Source: Deltaproteobacteria bacterium TL4 | GTDB taxonomy: Bacteria; SAR324; NAC60-12 | Assembly (NCBI GenBank): GCA_051382335.1 | Contig: JBBCAX010000094.1 | Span: forward strand, 20,462 to 84,461 | Reading direction: 5' to 3' | Length of the DNA: 64,000 nt | In this document: one piece after another, positions 1 to 8,945 of the stretch | Numbering within the stretch: position 1 is the stretch's first letter | How the letters are laid out: every line of letters starts with the position of its first letter | Translations under genes and position numbers: made by a program | Notes under the pieces: model-generated | The model's input: only the letters and a program-made list of their open reading frames with translations | Database searches by the model: none | Told to the model about the DNA's origin: nothing

Positions 1-5
1 GATGT

Positions 6-2573
6 CTATTGATATCCAAGGATTTTTAGAAGTTTCTTTGTGTTTTCAATCAGGATTTCCGTTTTTAATTTGTCAGCATCGCTCTCTTCTCTTCCTACTT
101 GCAATTGTTGCAGTTGAGAGGAAAAGTTATTGAGTTCCTGAACAGTTTTGATGATATTTGCTTCAAAGATACTATTCATCTGCTTGAAGATCAGCCTTTT
201 TTTCTGGGGGTTGAGGTTTCCTAAACTGGACATCATGTTTTTGAAATCAAGTTTCGGAGTTTCCGTGATCAGTACGTCAACATAAGGATTCATATCAATC
301 CCATAGGTTGAGCCAATGCCTTTAATTTCGCCCACAATGACCTCAAAGGTTGGGCGCGTTGAAAGTTCGTCTTTGCTCTCATCTTTCTTTTTTAATCGCT
401 CTAAAGTTTTGATGAGTTCACTCAGTACAAATCGCCATTTGGTATATGCTTTATTACTCCGCTCTTCCACAGGCATATCGGGGTAATCCATGCCTAATTG
501 ACGCAAGATAAAATTATAGATTTTTTTGGACAACTGCGCAGAATTGATACTTTCTTCAGCATTTGATGGTAGCCCTAAGGTATTGCTTAAATACAATTGG
601 ATACTGGCTTGTTGTTCTGAATTAAAATCAGTAGAGGTGGATTCAAAGGCTTTGACTTTTTTTTCTAAGCGAACGACTTGATCCAGCTCTGAAAGTTTTT
701 GAAAGATACGATCTCGTTCAAAAAGCAAAAAACTGAGATAAGCGATATGCTGATTGAGCAGCCATTGCATCAAGGGGACATGGTGTAAAACAAAATCAGC
801 GTCATTGGCTCTTTTGTCCCGGATCCAGGGAAATTCTGAAGCTAAAACGACTAACAGGAGATACTCTTTATTAATGCCTCCGGTTTTAGAACAACTCAAC
901 ATGCAATCCAAGGATTGGTCCGAGATCTCCCATCCAGGGCCCCCTAACAGGAGTCCCTGTTTAATGGCATTGATCACTTGGCCATTACAATGAAGTCGCA
1001 CCCCCTCAAAAAGCGGAATCCAATAACACTTAACGAGCTCTTTAAATCTCACCTTATCACCCTGTGTCGCCTTACAAAGCAACACTTGATTTTTAAAAAA
1101 GGAAAAGGATAAGGGTTCTTCCTTGAGATGAAATATTTCCAGGAGTTCTTTAAACACATTTTCCAGTTCTGTACGGGTTTGTTTCACAGCAGAGCTTTTG
1201 ATCAGATCTTCGATGGTCGGGGTCACACCCATTCGTACTTGAATTTCACCGGGAACTCCTAAAATCCCAGTCGCTCTTTTTTCAAAAGCGGGAAATCCCT
1301 TGAGCAGTTTTGCAAGATTTGTTGCCACTTTTCGTGAGGTATCTTCGCTTGGAGCTTTTTGTTCAACGACACCAGCGAATTTTTTTTCTGCCATTTCCAA
1401 AAAGGACTGCATCTTGGCAACCGAACCATTAAATTGATTTTCACACTCCGCGGCAATGGCGGCTAACCTCTGGGCGACTTGAGCCAGCATCCGTTTGGGA
1501 TGGTCAATATTATAATAAGCCTCAAAGGACTCTAGATACCGTTGCAGTTCAAATTCATTGGAATGTTCCCCTTTTCCGAAAAAACTACTGAGGACTGGTA
1601 CCGCTGTGGCCTTAGGATCGTGAGGATGGTGTTTCGGCTTAAATTTTGATTCAATGCCTCGTATCAATCGGCTTAAACGCAGATGATAATTCCGAGGGTT
1701 GAATAATTCCAAATCCTTAATATGTATCGGAAGTGATTCGGCAGGCAGCAATTGAGTGAGATGAGAACTTAGTTGAGTCAGCCAGGTTTTCCATATTAAA
1801 TGTTTCCGTAAGATATAATCAGAATCGCTGCCCTTATAGGCGTTCCGTGGAAATTTGGCATCCAGGCTTGTCCATAATCCGTCCCTGAAGGTTTGGATGT
1901 TCAGAGGCACACTATCAGGCCAGGAGAAACCGAGCTCTTTACTTACAAATTTTTTAATACTTGCCCAGATATTATCGTCCCAATTCAGATCTTTTTTATT
2001 GTCCAATACTTTAGCAATAACGGCGCTGTTGGCAAAATTCAAATTGATGTTAACGGTTTCCCATAAGTTTTTCTGCAGGTAGATGTAGTTGAAGAGTCGC
2101 TGTTGGATGGCTTGAAAGAGGTGTGAAAAAATCAGGACTTCCTGAATGAAGTGTTCATCAGGAATGGCTTTATCTCCAAAATTTTTAATGAAACGTCCCA
2201 TGGGGATTTTAATACAAGGAATCGTTTCACCTTTTGCAACCTGAATGGTTGCCGCACGGATAGATTTGGGTTCTACTAAGGCTTTATCTCCTAAAAGGGT
2301 GGGTCCTTCCATTTGCACGACAACTCGACCATTAACCAACACATCCGCTTTCCCCTCACATAACAGGAACATGTCCCGACCCGGTTCCCCCTGCCGTATG
2401 ATTTCATAGCTATCAGAAAAAAATCCAAATTCCAGTTGGTTTATTAGCTTGTCCCCCAATATTTCCAAGCAGGACCTCGTCAAAGGATAAGCTTGCAGCA
2501 ACGTCGTCGCATATGCGCTTGCGCTTTTTTCTGCTTGTAGAAATGAATAATATTGATTTTTATTCCAATTCAT
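6..2573 (-). CDS. Cyclic nucleotide-binding domain protein with long uncharacterised C-terminal region
   Basis: N-terminal cNMP-binding signature (IIRQGEPGRDMFLLCEG...LLGDKALV...RAATI); 855 aa ORF. Confidence 0.75.
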   Translation of the reverse strand: MNWNKNQYYSFLQAEKSASAYATTLLQAYPLTRSCLEILGDKLINQLEFGFFSDSYEIIRQGEPGRDMFLLCEGKADVLVNGRVVVQMEGPTLLGDKALVEPKSIRAATIQVAKGETIPCIKIPMGRFIKNFGDKAIPDEHFIQEVLIFSHLFQAIQQRLFNYIYLQKNLWETVNINLNFANSAVIAKVLDNKKDLNWDDNIWASIKKFVSKELGFSWPDSVPLNIQTFRDGLWTSLDAKFPRNAYKGSDSDYILRKHLIWKTWLTQLSSHLTQLLPAESLPIHIKDLELFNPRNYHLRLSRLIRGIESKFKPKHHPHDPKATAVPVLSSFFGKGEHSNEFELQRYLESFEAYYNIDHPKRMLAQVAQRLAAIAAECENQFNGSVAKMQSFLEMAEKKFAGVVEQKAPSEDTSRKVATNLAKLLKGFPAFEKRATGILGVPGEIQVRMGVTPTIEDLIKSSAVKQTRTELENVFKELLEIFHLKEEPLSFSFFKNQVLLCKATQGDKVRFKELVKCYWIPLFEGVRLHCNGQVINAIKQGLLLGGPGWEISDQSLDCMLSCSKTGGINKEYLLLVVLASEFPWIRDKRANDADFVLHHVPLMQWLLNQHIAYLSFLLFERDRIFQKLSELDQVVRLEKKVKAFESTSTDFNSEQQASIQLYLSNTLGLPSNAEESINSAQLSKKIYNFILRQLGMDYPDMPVEERSNKAYTKWRFVLSELIKTLERLKKKDESKDELSTRPTFEVIVGEIKGIGSTYGIDMNPYVDVLITETPKLDFKNMMSSLGNLNPQKKRLIFKQMNSIFEANIIKTVQELNNFSSQLQQLQVGREESDADKLKTEILIENTKKLLKILGYQ

Positions 2574-2836
2574 AACTGAAACTTATCATCGTCATGGGGA
2601 CCAGGTTGATTGCCGAAAAAGCCTGTTATACTTCCGCTATGAGTAGAGATTATGCAGGATATTTACCATTCTGAAGGACATTTCCGCAATCCCTTCCATA
2701 TTTTCTGATATTCTTGGAAAAGAAACGCAGAGTTTGGCATACCGCATCCTCTGAGGCACATCATGTCTTGGTATCAAGCCGCCATGACAAACAAGTTCCG
2801 CATCACCTTGGAGATTGTCTGTTTGAGGAAAGAATA

Positions 2837-3238
2837 TCAGCCATCAATATTAAATTTCTGAATGAGAAAATCATCATATTCATCGGCCAGGATTGCAATA
2901 CAGGCGATCATCCACTCCAGTTCCTCAGGGTCTAAGCCCTGTACCGGCCGAACAAAACTTAAGATCAAGTGTTTATTTCGAATACCAAAAGAGGCACCCT
3001 TGAGTTTAAAACTTCCGTTGAGTTGAAGCACGTATTGATTCAGTTCATGATTCAATTCGTTTAAATTAAGCAGATTTGCAGCAACAATGAGCTCCGCATC
3101 CTCGTCTAAAGAGGTTAAGAAAATTTGGACTTTGACAGAACCGTTAACGATCCACCATTCTGTATCGGCGACAAATCCTTTATCCGCTTCACCACAGTTT
3201 TTTAAAAAATCAGAAATAAGAGCGCTATATTCGTTCAC
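2837..3238 (-). CDS. YbjN / type III secretion chaperone-like fold protein
   Basis: 133 aa acidic protein; pattern W...GSV.V.I...LN...GASFG...LDPEELE...IA.LADEYDD.L; GTG start with GGAG RBS. Confidence 0.7.
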   Translation of the reverse strand: MNEYSALISDFLKNCGEADKGFVADTEWWIVNGSVKVQIFLTSLDEDAELIVAANLLNLNELNHELNQYVLQLNGSFKLKGASFGIRNKHLILSFVRPVQGLDPEELEWMIACIAILADEYDDFLIQKFNIDG

Positions 3239-3265
3239 AGAAATCTCCTTTTACGAAACCAAAGG

Positions 3266-4345
3266 TTATTCATTAAATTCATCGGGAGGATGAGAAAGGT
3301 ATGGAAGAAAACGTTCTTTTGACATGGCTTTGTCAAAGGCGGCCTCTGCACTAATCCACCCTCGGTTCAAGAGTTCTTCTATCGCATCATCCAACAATTG
3401 ATTGCCTTGTTTCTTCTGCGTTTGCATGATGGAAACCAACTGGTAGGTTTTACCATCCCGAATCATTGAGCTAACGGCAGAATTACAGACCAAGATTTCC
3501 AATGCGGCGCAACGTCCTTGTCCATCTTCTCGTTTAAACAAGTTTTGCGCCACAATCAATTTGAGGGATTCAGACAGAGTGGTTCGAATCTTTGCTTGTT
3601 GATTCGCTGGAAAAACATCAATGATCCGGTCGATGGTCTTGGGAGCACTTTGTGTGTGCAGCGTTCCAAAAACCAGGTGACCTGTTGAGGCGGCTTCCAA
3701 GGCCAATTCGACGGTTTCCAAGTCTCTCATTTCTCCGACAAGAATGATGTCAGGATCTTCTCTTAAGGCGGCTCTCAAGGCTGAGGCAAAACTCTGTGTA
3801 TGTTTTCCGACTTCCCGGTGATTGATCAGGCAACTTTGACTTTGATGGACAAATTCAATCGGATCTTCAATGGTAAGAATGTGATCTTTTCTCACTTTAT
3901 TAGCATAATCGATAATGGCTGCCAAGGTTGTTGATTTACCACTCCCCGTTGGTCCTGTAACCAAAACCAGTCCACGGGACAACATGGCCGCTTTTTTTAG
4001 AATTTCAGGCAACCCCAATTGTTCCAAGGTGAAAACTTTGCTTGGAATTTCACGAAAAACCGCACCGATGCCTTGATTTTGCTCGAAAAAGTTACATCGA
4101 TAGCGAGCTAAATTAGGAATGGCATAGCCAAAGTCGAGATCACCTTTTTCTTTGAATTGTTCTAAACGCTCGGGGGGAATGATTTCGTATAACATTTGGC
4201 GGAGTTTTGCATCCTCTAGCGTCGGATAATCAACTCGTTGCAAATCCCCATGAATGCGAAGCAAGGGTTCTTGCCCTGTGACCATGTGCAGATCAGAGGC
4301 CTTGCTTTCATGCATCAATTCAAAAAAGGGGTCTAATTGTTTCAT
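3266..4345 (-). CDS. pilT: Type IV pilus twitching motility ATPase PilT
   Basis: ASDLH, Walker A GPTGSGKST, TIEDPIE, ALREDPDIILVGEMRD, TGHLVFGTLHT. Confidence 0.95.
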   Translation of the reverse strand: MKQLDPFFELMHESKASDLHMVTGQEPLLRIHGDLQRVDYPTLEDAKLRQMLYEIIPPERLEQFKEKGDLDFGYAIPNLARYRCNFFEQNQGIGAVFREIPSKVFTLEQLGLPEILKKAAMLSRGLVLVTGPTGSGKSTTLAAIIDYANKVRKDHILTIEDPIEFVHQSQSCLINHREVGKHTQSFASALRAALREDPDIILVGEMRDLETVELALEAASTGHLVFGTLHTQSAPKTIDRIIDVFPANQQAKIRTTLSESLKLIVAQNLFKREDGQGRCAALEILVCNSAVSSMIRDGKTYQLVSIMQTQKKQGNQLLDDAIEELLNRGWISAEAAFDKAMSKERFLPYLSHPPDEFNE

Positions 4346-4366
4346 AAGTTATCCTCGCTTCAGGAG

Positions 4367-5110
4367 TTACGACACTTGTCTTTTTCCCCACGCAATCACT
4401 TCATCTGCGACAGAGGGTTCATACATGAGGCAGGCGTTTACTTCGCGTATTACCTCTTCTTCTTTAGGATCTAACAAATTATCAGAAATGGCAATTAACG
4501 TTAAAGTTTGTAAAATCGTTTTTCCAGTTTCCAGTTCAATCCCAGGCATAGGTTCCAGGGGGTGACGTTCCAAGGATTGAAAAATATTCTGAACGTATTC
4601 GGCTTTATCGGCATCCAGTTCAATCATTTGAAACATCTGCTCGGCAACGGCGATTTCATCGGCAGAAATTTGGCCGTCAGCGACAATCATGTTGGCGAGA
4701 GCGCAAAGATACCAAAAGCGTTGATTATCGTTGAGCTTGTTAATGAAATTATCCATTCCCGTAACTTCCGGTTCCGCATCGAGAACCTCCTTCAAGTTAT
4801 CGGAAATCATCATCATTTTTGAAAGGCTGGTCGCGTTTAACAATAGTCTTAAATTTGTATTATGACAAACCAACACCGTTTTTCCTCCTCTCGCGGTTGC
4901 TTGTTGATTGAGTGTACTCAACATGCCTAAACCATCCATCGGAATTAAAGCCACGTCTATCAGATCAAAGATCAAAGTACTGACTCCTTTTTGAATCAAT
5001 GCAGTTCCTGCTTCAAATATGCGGGCACCTAGTCTCATCTCAGAAATTCCATGGATGGAGAGCAGTGCCTTTGTTTGTCCTGCATCTAAATACTTTACGT
5101 CAATTGGCAT
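4367..5110 (-). CDS. STAS-like domain fused to TerB-like domain
   Basis: N-half STAS pattern (LIFDLIDVALIPMDGLGML...GGKTVLV); C-half TerB pattern (MIVADGQISADE...IAISDNLLDPKEEEVI). Confidence 0.65.
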   Translation of the reverse strand: MPIDVKYLDAGQTKALLSIHGISEMRLGARIFEAGTALIQKGVSTLIFDLIDVALIPMDGLGMLSTLNQQATARGGKTVLVCHNTNLRLLLNATSLSKMMMISDNLKEVLDAEPEVTGMDNFINKLNDNQRFWYLCALANMIVADGQISADEIAVAEQMFQMIELDADKAEYVQNIFQSLERHPLEPMPGIELETGKTILQTLTLIAISDNLLDPKEEEVIREVNACLMYEPSVADEVIAWGKRQVS

Positions 5111-5131
5111 AAATCCTCTTTATAATTAACA

Positions 5132-6892
5132 CTATCGTAATTTGGTATTCAAATAAGTTTCTACCTTCTCTTTTAAGACTTTTCTTTGAGAGAAACGGAT
5201 AAACTGCTCATAAGACATCCGGGCTTCGGGTAACATTTTTTTTTGCTCATAGACTTGTCCCAAGTAATAATAGGCTAAATCATATTTGGGAAAAAGCGTC
5301 AGGGTTTGATTTAATATTGCGAGACTGTCATCGACCCTGTCGCTTTTTTTATACATTAAAGACAGATTCACATAACTTTCCGGTGTATCTAAATCTGACG
5401 CCATGCCTCGACGAAATTTATTCTCAGCATCGGTCCATTGCTCTTTCTGCATATGAACCACTCCTGCGTTATTTAAAGTCTTAACGGATTTTGGATCGAG
5501 TTCCAAACTTTTTTCATATTGTTCCAAGGCTTTATCGTATTCTTTGGTATTGGCATAGACGGCACCAAGATTATTATAGATGTCAGGGTCCTCCGGACTG
5601 AGTTCTGCCGCTTTGTTATAGGCAACAATCGCACTGTCCCACTGTTTCTTCTTTTGGTAACGGATTCCTCTATCAAACCATTTGGAGGCTTCTTTCCCGC
5701 GCTTGGCAGGGACAGGTGCGGCAATCACCACTTCTGTTTTCTTTACAGTTTCACTTTTCGGCGGAGATGGTGGTACCGGTGCAGGTATCGGTGCAGGTTC
5801 AGATGCCTTTTTGACTTCTTTCGCGACTACTTTTTCCTTCTCGGGTGGTTTTTTAACCACAACCTCTTCCTTTTTCTTGGGAATAACAGGACTCGCTTGT
5901 GGGTTTAATGCGGCAATGGTGCTTTGAAGATCAGGTAGATCTGCAGGCATAACAGCAGAGGCTTCAATTTTGACAAGAGGGGTATTGGTACTTAAGGCGG
6001 CAAGCGGAGGTGGCTGTTGGCCAAAATTGAGATACCCCAAAACACCCAGTCCCATCAGTAACGCAACACACGCCGCTGCCCCCAGGATCAACGTCATTGG
6101 AGATTTTTGTTCTGCCTGGCGCTGCTTCATCCTGTCCTTGACAGTCTCCCCTTTATTTTCTTTAGGCGCTGAGAGTTCTTCCGTTTCTTCAGCGGGATCA
6201 GACTCAGGAGGCGTTGCTAGCGGCAAGATGGGTTTGGGTAAGGGCTGAGATGGCCCAGGAGCAGGACGTTCAACTGCCGGTGGAGGGACGGTTCTGTCAG
6301 GTTGGGAACTTTTTGTGGTCAAATCGGCCAGCGATACTCTAACTTTTTTGTTGGTCTCTTCAGGTTTTGCTACAGTGGCAAGGCCCGATAAACTGACTTT
6401 CACTTTTTCTTTTTTGGCAGGAGCCGCCGTTCCCGCCAAGCCGGAAAGACTGATTTTTACTTTTTCCTTGGGCGCTGTGGTCTCCTCCATCTTTGGAACC
6501 TTCATCGAAGGGACGGGAGGCGGTTCGACCGTTTTTTCAGGTGGCAGTTCCGCTACTTTCGGTGTAGGCAAGGCAACAGGTGTTGCTTCTGTTGGTGTGT
6601 CAACACCAGTCCTAAGTTTTAATCGGGGTCCCTGAGAGACCTCTTGCTCTGATGCGTAAGTTCCTTTACCCGTAAGATCTTTCATGGATAGTGATATTTT
6701 AGGTTTGGAATCACTCCCTGTTCCAGAAGGCGTCACCGATGATGCGGAACCCCCAGGATGTGGTGTGCCAACCGTGGGGGATCGTGCCTCTTTTGGGGCC
6801 TCTGTCTCCATTTTTGGTTTTTTGATCGACAGTTTCATTTTTTTCTGTCCACCTGTGGGTTTTTCTGATTGATCTGAATTATCGTTAGTCAT
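5132..6892 (-). CDS. Single-pass membrane protein with disordered Pro/Lys-rich N-terminus and C-terminal TPR repeats
   Basis: TM segment LILGAAACVALLMGLGVLGYL; TPR motifs (IYNNLGAVY, TLNNAGVVH, SYVNLSLMY, AYYYLGQVY). Confidence 0.85.
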   Translation of the reverse strand: MTNDNSDQSEKPTGGQKKMKLSIKKPKMETEAPKEARSPTVGTPHPGGSASSVTPSGTGSDSKPKISLSMKDLTGKGTYASEQEVSQGPRLKLRTGVDTPTEATPVALPTPKVAELPPEKTVEPPPVPSMKVPKMEETTAPKEKVKISLSGLAGTAAPAKKEKVKVSLSGLATVAKPEETNKKVRVSLADLTTKSSQPDRTVPPPAVERPAPGPSQPLPKPILPLATPPESDPAEETEELSAPKENKGETVKDRMKQRQAEQKSPMTLILGAAACVALLMGLGVLGYLNFGQQPPPLAALSTNTPLVKIEASAVMPADLPDLQSTIAALNPQASPVIPKKKEEVVVKKPPEKEKVVAKEVKKASEPAPIPAPVPPSPPKSETVKKTEVVIAAPVPAKRGKEASKWFDRGIRYQKKKQWDSAIVAYNKAAELSPEDPDIYNNLGAVYANTKEYDKALEQYEKSLELDPKSVKTLNNAGVVHMQKEQWTDAENKFRRGMASDLDTPESYVNLSLMYKKSDRVDDSLAILNQTLTLFPKYDLAYYYLGQVYEQKKMLPEARMSYEQFIRFSQRKVLKEKVETYLNTKLR

Positions 6893-7060
6893 AACTCTCC
6901 ATGCCTAAAGTTGCCTAAACCGATGACCTCGCCTAACTAGCCGCTGTCGCTTAATTAGCTATTAGCAGTTAGGTATTAGTTTGATAAACACACTGAAATT
7001 AAATGCTTTTTTAAAGAGCTAAGACCTTGCGCCTAATAATTACTTCGCAACAACGACTAC

Positions 7061-8092
7061 CTAAAAATACGTAAGCCATGTGAGTTGCCACGTGGTCAAC
7101 GCAGGAACATTCTGTCCTTCATGGATCACTGTAGGCTCATCAATTCTTACTGGAGCCGTGTAGCTGATTCGTATTTGATAAGGGCGGACTGTAGTAGAAG
7201 ATTCAAGCTCAGTAAGATTTCCATAACCTATTTCTACATGATATCGATTCATGTAAAAGGCGTTATCCTGACCTTCTCCTCCTAGTGTACTCTCTTCACC
7301 TTGTGTTCGTTGAAGCTCAATCGCAACAAGCCCCTTATTGAGTTCATAGATCCAATTATATCGTAAATCAAGTATATTCCCGCCAAAATATTCGACTTCT
7401 TTTCCCGCCAGGGTTTCGCGGGTTCCCTTGAGCTGATTTGTCGCACTGATTCTAACGCCACTTCGAAGTCTGGTGGATTGAGGATACCAGGTAAAATGCA
7501 AGAATCCTGTGAGATCTACCTGCTGTTCTCCGAGGGCACTCGTGTAAATGCCTCTGGCCGTCTCCGTATTTCCTGTCGGAAGTTCGAGAATTGCACCTCC
7601 CCGGGTATGTAATGTATTACTATAGTGCATATCATATCCAGCTTTAAGCGCAAGATCCCCAAGGCCACTGATTTCATTTGAAGCCAGACTTTGTTTAATA
7701 CGCTGCACCGTATCGTAATGAGGGTCATCTTCGGCTACGGTAACCGCCAAGGTTGATTTTTGGCTTTTTTGAACGTAAGGCAGGTAGAGCCCCAGAACCC
7801 AATCAGAATTTAATCCATATTCAAATTTAAATTCGGTAATGTTTTCTTTTCTGCTGATAGAGCCTTTCAAGCGCTCACGGTATAGTTGTTCACGAATCAA
7901 TAAATTTTTTAAGGGCACTCGTTTTTGGGATCCTCCAAAGGCCTCCTCATATTCAGGAACCCACTGAACTTGAACTTCAGTCTGCCATACGCCCTCGGGG
8001 ATCGGGGTTTCACGTTCTATAGCAAAAGCACTGGAATTTCCAATTACCAGAAAGATGACGCCATACCTCAAAAACATTGTGAACTGCGCCAT
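7061..8092 (-). CDS. Putative outer-membrane beta-barrel protein (MetA-pathway/transporter-like)
   Basis: Signal peptide ending SAFA; GLGDL and LELPTG motifs; alternating beta strands; C-terminal Phe. Start uncertain (ORF extends to 8242). Confidence 0.6.
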   Translation of the reverse strand: MAQFTMFLRYGVIFLVIGNSSAFAIERETPIPEGVWQTEVQVQWVPEYEEAFGGSQKRVPLKNLLIREQLYRERLKGSISRKENITEFKFEYGLNSDWVLGLYLPYVQKSQKSTLAVTVAEDDPHYDTVQRIKQSLASNEISGLGDLALKAGYDMHYSNTLHTRGGAILELPTGNTETARGIYTSALGEQQVDLTGFLHFTWYPQSTRLRSGVRISATNQLKGTRETLAGKEVEYFGGNILDLRYNWIYELNKGLVAIELQRTQGEESTLGGEGQDNAFYMNRYHVEIGYGNLTELESSTTVRPYQIRISYTAPVRIDEPTVIHEGQNVPALTTWQLTWLTYF

Positions 8093-8247
8093 CACACTGG
8101 AAATCCATTTGCCATGCCACTGAGAAGAATAGAACAAGGCCGCTCGCACAGGATCCCCACAAAGTCTGGAGTCCATGTGAACAGAATGAAGCGTTTGTTT
8201 ATGTTGATACCCAATAAAAGGGATGAATGAATCAAATTTCATAGAAC

Positions 8248-8853
8248 CTAAGCGTTAGGAGATGAATAAACAATCCAGCCTTTTTCTAACAAATGGGCAA
8301 GGATTTGTTCAATAGGAAAACCGACAACACTGTTATATGAGCCTTGAATGGAGTCGATGAGGAGGGCTCCAAGGCCCTGGATGGAATAGGCACCCGCTTT
8401 ATCCATCGGTTCTGTGGTATTGACATACCAGTGAACGCACTCAGCGGTCAAAGAACGAAACGTGACTTGAGTCGAAACGACATTGGAGATTAATTGTCGG
8501 GTACGCGTGTCTAGTATCGCATAAGCGGAAAACACGGTATGGGATTGATTACTCAAACGGTGCAACATCCGGTGTGCGTCTTCTTTGTTTTGAGGCTTTC
8601 CCAAGATCTCGTGATCATGGTAAACAATTGTATCCCCGGCCAAGATGATATGATTTAAAAACCGGGATGTTTCAGACTGTGCTTTGTCAACAGCAACACG
8701 TAGCACGTAACCGCTAACCGCCTCTCCAGAATGCTGGGATTCATTGATATCGGGTGAAAAACATTCAAATTGAAGTCCGTATCGTCGAAGAAAATCCTGA
8801 CGTCTTGGAGAGGATGAGGCTAAACACAAAGGCCGAGTTGAAATAAATGTCAT
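8248..8853 (-). CDS. maf: Maf family nucleoside triphosphate pyrophosphatase
   Basis: LASSSPRR, GDTIV, ILGKP, DKAGAYSIQG; start placed at MTFIS (ORF extends to 8934). Confidence 0.92.
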   Translation of the reverse strand: MTFISTRPLCLASSSPRRQDFLRRYGLQFECFSPDINESQHSGEAVSGYVLRVAVDKAQSETSRFLNHIILAGDTIVYHDHEILGKPQNKEDAHRMLHRLSNQSHTVFSAYAILDTRTRQLISNVVSTQVTFRSLTAECVHWYVNTTEPMDKAGAYSIQGLGALLIDSIQGSYNSVVGFPIEQILAHLLEKGWIVYSSPNA

Positions 8854-8945
8854 GTTGAAGCATATAAAAAAGGTTGTCTCAATAATCAGTGATGAGCGAT
8901 TGATACTCATCGCTCCCATTCCGGAATTCATCACTCTTGAGTTAA

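Noticed and set aside
2574..2836. Possible c-di-GMP or other riboswitch upstream of the cNMP gene
   Set aside because: No conserved aptamer motif or terminator found by eye
2837..3238. Type III secretion system
   Set aside because: Only a chaperone-like fold; no injectisome genes in the window
5519..6872. Several long plus-strand ORFs opposite the TPR gene
   Set aside because: Antisense shadows of a low-complexity coding region; the same applies to shadows over groEL, metG and the MCP
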